Shown here in pieces: positions 59,003 through 64,000 of a stretch of DNA of 64,000 bases. The stretch is taken from contig NC_135667.1 of assembly GCF_964188315.1 (NCBI RefSeq), positions 18,972,001-19,036,000 on the forward strand. The letters are read 5' to 3'. Both the position numbers and the translations under genes were made by a program. Numbering within the stretch: the first letter of the stretch is position 1; the number at the start of each line of letters is the position of its first letter. The notes beneath the pieces are model-generated. The model saw only the letters and a program-made list of their open reading frames with translations, searched no databases and was not told the origin of the DNA. This stretch comes from Podarcis muralis (Eukaryota).

Positions 59003-60979
59003 ACTGAAACAGAAGTTGCCAGATCCTTCTATATAGTGAGAAGGTGGGGAGGGGTATTACTCAGAAGGGTGGTGGGAATGGGTGATTGGCAGATAGCTGT
59101 GATGAGCCTGTTGACGACTCTTAACGACTGCAATAGCTCTTACAGGAAAAAGCAAGGGGTGAGAAGGTGAAAAATGGCTTTGTCATGTATAATGAGATAA
59201 GAATCCAATGTCTTTGTTCAGACCAGGTCTCTCCATGGTTTTAAGTTTGGTAATGAGTTGCAATTCAGCAGTTTCTCTTTGCAGTCTATTTCTGAAATTC
59301 CTTTGTAGTAAAACAGCTACTTTGAGATCTTGTATAGAATGTCCTGGGAGATTGAAGTGTTCTCCTACTGGTTTCTCTGTCTTGTGATTCTTGATGTCAG
59401 ATTTATGTCCGTTTATTCTTTGGCGTAAGGTTTGGCCTGTTTGTCCAATATAGAGAGCTGAAGGACACTGTTGGCATTTGATGGCATACACAATGTTAGA
59501 CGATGAGCAATTAAATAGTCCCGAGATGGTATGTGTGATGTTGCTGGGGCCAGTAATGGTGTTGTCCGGGTGTATGTGGCAGCAAAGTTGGCATCTGGGT
59601 TTATTGCAGGCTCTGGTGCCAGTGTCCGTGTTAAGTCTGGTTGTAGTATTATTGTGGGTTAGGAGTTGTTTAAGATTGGGTGGCTGTCTGTAGGCAATGA
59701 AAGGTCTTCCTCCCAGAGCTTAAGAAAGAGAACTGTCATTGTCCAGGAGAGGTTGTAGATCTCTGATGATGCGTTGTACTGTTTTAACTTGGGAGCTGTA
59801 TGTGATGACTAGAGGTGTTCTGTTATTTTCTTTTTTGGGTCTGTCTTGCAGCAAGTTCTCTCTGGGTATCAGTCTGGCTCTGTTGATCTGTTGTCTAACT
59901 TCATCTGCTTGGTATTTTAGTTCTAAAAAGGTTTGCTGTAGATCTCTTAGGTGAGAGTCTCTGTCTGTAGAATTGGAACAGATACGGCTGTAACGTAGTG
60001 CCTGGCTATATACAATGGACTGTTTGGTATGTTTGGGATGGTAGCTAGAGGCATGTAGATATGTTTGTCGGTCAGTTGGTTTACGGTATAAGGTGGTGTC
60101 TATGCGCCCATCCTGTATTTTTATAGTAGTGTCCAAAAAATGTATTTCTTGCATAGATTGATTCATTGTTAGGTTGATTGTGGGGTGAAAATCATTGAAT
60201 TTCTGGTGGAAGGTGTCCAGGGTCTGTTGACCATGTGTCCAGATGATAAAAATATCGTCAATGTATCACAGGTACAAGAGAGGTTTGAGTGGGTAGGAGT
60301 TTAGGAAACGTTGTTCTAAATCTGCCATGAAGATGTTGGCATACTGTGGGGCCATGCGGGTGCCCATTGCTGTGCCGCTGATGTGAAGGAACAGGTCATC
60401 ACCGAATTTGAAGTTGTTGTGGGTAAGGACAAATTGGCAGAGTTTGGTGGCAAAGTCACCCAATCTTGCTCATCGTCTAACATTGTGTATGCCATCAAAT
60501 GCCAACAGTGTCCTTCAGCTCTCTATATTGGACAAACAGGCCAAACCTTACGCCAAAGAATAAACGGACATAAATCTGACATCAAGAATCACAAGACAGA
60601 GAAACCAGTAGGAGAACACTTCAATCTCCCAGGACATTCTATACAAGATCTCAAAGTAGCTGTTTTACTACAAAGGAATTTCAGAAATAGACTGCAAAGA
60701 GAAACTGCTGAATTGCAACTCATTACCAAACTTAAAACCATGGAGAGACCTGGTCTGAACAAAGACATTGGATTCTTATCTCATTATACATGACAAAGCC
60801 ATTTTTCACCTTCTCACCCCTTGCTTTTTCCTGTAAGACCTATTGCAGTCGTTAAGAGTCGTCGTCGTCAACAGGCTCATCACAGCTATCTGCCAATCAC
60901 CCATTCCCACCACCCTTCTGAGTAATACCCTTCCCCACCTTCTCACTATATAGAAGGATCTGGCAACTTCTGTTTCAGT

Positions 60980-61017
60980 GTATCTGAAGAAGTGTGCATG
61001 CACACGAAAGCTCATAC
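60980..61017 (+). ncRNA. Minimal type I hammerhead ribozyme motif (Penelope-associated)
   Basis: GTAT-CTGAAGA-A-GTGTG CATG CACAC-GAAA-GC-TC-ATAC: stem I GTAT/ATAC, core CUGANGA and GAAA, palindromic stems II and III, NUH site CUC. Confidence 0.7.
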
Positions 61018-61592
61018 CAAGAACTAACTTAGTTGGTCTTTAAGGTGCTACTGGAAGGAATTTTTTTTGTCTTCCCACCCCTTGTTTCACACACACTTTG
61101 ACTGTGGACCAGAGCAAAACTCATACAAGTTTGTTTGGCTGTAAATTGCTTCAAGTTGCCTTTGGCAAGAAAAAGCAACATATAAAATTTATTCATCAAA
61201 TCCCATGTGTGGCTGTCTCCTGGAACAAGCTTGCTGGAACAGGCTTTGCAGGCAGAGGGCGATCTATGCTTCTGTATGACATATGGTCTCTACACACTGA
61301 GTTCTATCAGAACTATCTGTTGCACCATCCTACTTTGTGTAATATCGTTTTAGATTTGTCAAAGTGTTTTATACTATTTCATATTCACAGGCACCCTGAT
61401 GGGATGGGAAAACCCTCCCATCAGATGTCAAGGAAATAAACAAGTATCTGACTAATGCAGCCCTATTTAGGGAAGTTTTTAACGTTTGATGTTTTATCGT
61501 ATTTTTAATATTTTGTTGTGAGCCGCCCTGAGTGGCTGGGGAAACCCAGTCAGATGGGCGAAGTATAACTAATAAATTATTTCAGAGAATTA

Positions 61593-61853
61593 CCGTATTT
61601 TTAGCTCTATAAGACTCACCAGACCACAAGACGCACCTAGTTTTTGGAGGAGGAAAACAAGGGGGGGGGGGAATTCTGAATCTCAGAAGCCAGAACAGCA
61701 AGAGGGATCACTGTGCAGTGAAAGCAGCAATCCCTCTTGCTGTTCTGGCTTCTGGGATAGCTGCGCAGCCTGCATTCGCTTCATAAGACGCACACACATT
61801 TCCCCTTACTTTTTAGAAGGGGAAAAGTGAGTCTTATAGAGCAAAAAATACGG
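61593..61853. mobile_element. CCGTA-terminus Tc1/mariner-type MITE
   Basis: TA-CCGTATTTTTAGCTCTATAAGAC ... GTCTTATAGAGCAAAAAATACGG-TA. Confidence 0.85.
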
Positions 61854-61861
61854 TATCTTGT

Positions 61862-63549
61862 TTTCTACTCACATTGCAATTTTTCGCTTATTTCAGCAAG
61901 TCTAGTAACTGAGTCATTTGAATTTAGTTAATTAGTTAAAAGTAGAAGAGCAAGTGGACTGGTGCAGTAGTTGTTCTTTCTGAGTAACACCATGCATTTG
62001 CTCCTGTATCCTGTTGCCGCTGCTTAGCAGCCTTAGCAGCCCCTCACTTACATCTTGCCAAACTGGTGGGTCATGATCTACCCTCTGTAGAGGAGATGGA
62101 TGCTCCCTTTCATCAGGTCCCTGTCTATGGCTTCTGGAGATTTCACGAGATATATTCCATGCATTGTAAAGCTTTGTAAATCCTTCTGGCGGTACCCTCA
62201 TTGCGAGAAGCAAAGCTACAGGGAACCAGGAAGAGAGCCTTCTCAGTAGTGGCGCCTGCCCTGTGGGACGCCCTCCCATCAGGTGTCAAAGAGATAAACA
62301 ACTACCTGACATTCAGAAGACATCTTAAAGCAGCCCTGTTCAGGGAAGTTTTTAATATGTAACGCTGTACTGTTTTTAACACTTGACTGGGAGCCGCCCA
62401 GAGTGGCTGGGGAAACACAGCCAGATAGGCGGGGTACAAATAATAAATTATTATATTATTAATATGAATATTGTTCTCCAAAACCACGAGCTTACGACTT
62501 GAGCTATTTTTCAAAACAAAATAGGTGTTTCTCAGAATTCAGAATTCTTCAGCTGTTGCCACATTTCAAGCTTGCATGGAATTACAGAAGACTCAAAGCG
62601 CTGTATTAAGGCCATGGACACCTTAAGGGACGATTCTAAGTGATTAGAGAAATCCTGCATTCAGTTAGTAGGATATACTGCTTTAGCAGGTGGACTTTTA
62701 TTATTCTTGTTGCTTCAAGCGCAGGCGGAAAACAAGTGGCCAGAAAGCCCTGGGCAGTTCTGTAGTCGGATGCATGTATCTGGTGTGGGAAATGGCCATT
62801 TAGGATTGCTAAATTATTATCTGCAAAGGTTTCTGCATGGGTTTTATGGCAGGTCTGCAGAAAAGCAGTAATTCCTTGTAAAAATATGGTTAGCATGCCA
62901 GCCTTTTGGTATCTATGGCTCTCCTTTATTTTATTATTATTATTAAACATCTTTATCGGTTTTACAAGATTTTATACATATTAACTTTAACCATTTCGTA
63001 AAAGTCTGGAGTAAATACTTAATTTATTTTTAAAAATAATTGTAAGCAGTTTAAATCATTGGCAGGCATGTAATGACACTTGAAATGTGGAATTAAGTAG
63101 GGTAACACCAGATATTAATAGATGGGTAAAGGCTCTTCCTTATTCTTATTCAGGCAGGGCAGGTTCCACAGGAGGGGTGCAATGATACAGGGAGGCAGAT
63201 AAAACGAGGTGTACTTTTTCTGGAGTCCTGCCCACATTTCTCAGAACACCTCTGAGACTGGCTGCAAGTTAGAGCGCCAGCTTAATTCTTCCCTGAGACC
63301 AGGATTGCCTTCAGACAGCTCGGTGGTCAGGTAACTCCATACCCTCCAACATTTCTCCAATGAAAATAGGCCCGTCCTACCAGGAGGGGTGCAATGCTAC
63401 ATAGAGGCAGATAAAAACAGAGGTACTTTTTTCCGGAGTCCTGCCCACATTTCTCAGAACACCTCTGGAGACTGGCTGCAACTTCGAGCACCAAGTTGAT
63501 TTTTCCCTGTGACCAGGTGAGAAACAATGCTGAGGGATCTCTTTGCTGA

Positions 63550-63580
<31 letters not shown>

Positions 63581-64000
63581 GGGGGGGGGGGGCAAAACAA
63601 GTGCAAGAAGCAAGACTAGGTGGTGGAGAGATGGAACAGTGGAGGGAATGGAGAAGCAAAGGTCCCTCCCTTCTCCCCACCAGGAGCAACAGAACATGGG
63701 AAAATCGGATTCCTTGCTGGGAACTGGATGGACAGGTAGAATAGAACCAGATATCAAGGTGCTATGAAGCAAACAAACAATGGTGGATTAGGCAGCAGTT
63801 CCTACAGAAACAGAGAGGATCTCTTCATTTATTTCCAGGAGCTGCCAACATCTCAAAAGTAGAAATGATTGTTATGGAGAAAGAAAAAGAAACAGGGGTA
63901 ATGATTGCTAACAGAACAATGACAGTGTTATATCCTGGGATAATCATAAAGGGCATCTGGCTCCTTTTAAGTTTTCCATTGTTTCAGTGACCAAAGAAGA
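61862..64000 (-). repeat. Inverted copy of the 49440-49600 / 53600-56170 duplicated blocks, running off the window
   Basis: Reverse complement aligns visibly with 55270-56170, 54700-54900 and 53600-54050, and shows the empty copia site gatgttggcagctcctggaaataaatg. Confidence 0.88.
62187..62460 (+). mobile_element. L2-type LINE 3' fragment interrupting the inverted repeat copy
   Basis: RAFSVVAPALWDALP-type coding remnant and the same 3' tail; absent from the paralogous block at 55900-55960. Confidence 0.8.

Larger units (their letters stand above)
58876..61070 (-). mobile_element. Penelope-like element, 5'-truncated, with inverted duplicate of its 3' end
   Basis: RT (GTAMGTRMAPQYA, YIDD preceded by a stop) and GIY-YIG (VYAIKC..LYIGQTG) on the minus strand. 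Inverted arms at about 58912-59510 and 60466-61070. 13-bp TSD CTTCCCACCCCTT at 58863-58875 and 61071-61083. Confidence 0.92.

Overview
Vertebrate DNA, almost certainly a squamate and probably a lacertid lizard (inferred from Sauria-type SINEs together with BovB, CR1, L2 and Penelope elements). No rRNA, tRNA or CRISPR features were found. Host genes: two minus-strand single-exon alpha-1,2-fucosyltransferases (GT11, FUT1/FUT2 family) at 1562-2671 and 47603-48904. Between them on the plus strand lies one large intron-rich gene (9874-44481) with 13 intact group-B SRCR exons and one decayed SRCR exon. The main finding is that this SRCR array sits between a split leader (31 nt + 36 nt exons) and a terminal Arg-containing transmembrane exon with a very short tail. 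Both parts are hallmarks of activating leukocyte-receptor-complex (LILRA/OSCAR/FCAR/GPVI/NKp46-type) Ig receptors, so this looks like an LRC-type activating receptor whose Ig domains are replaced by SRCR domains. The flanking fucosyltransferases are close paralogs but differ at positions where one looks FUT1-like and the other FUT2-like. The second copy has lost its stop codon and reads through a LINE tail into a poly-Ile stretch. The right third of the window holds a young RT-less copia-type LTR element, an inverted Penelope element with hammerhead-ribozyme motifs, and a mosaic of local direct and inverted duplications. Family assignments come from motif recognition and recalled reference sequences, not from database searches.
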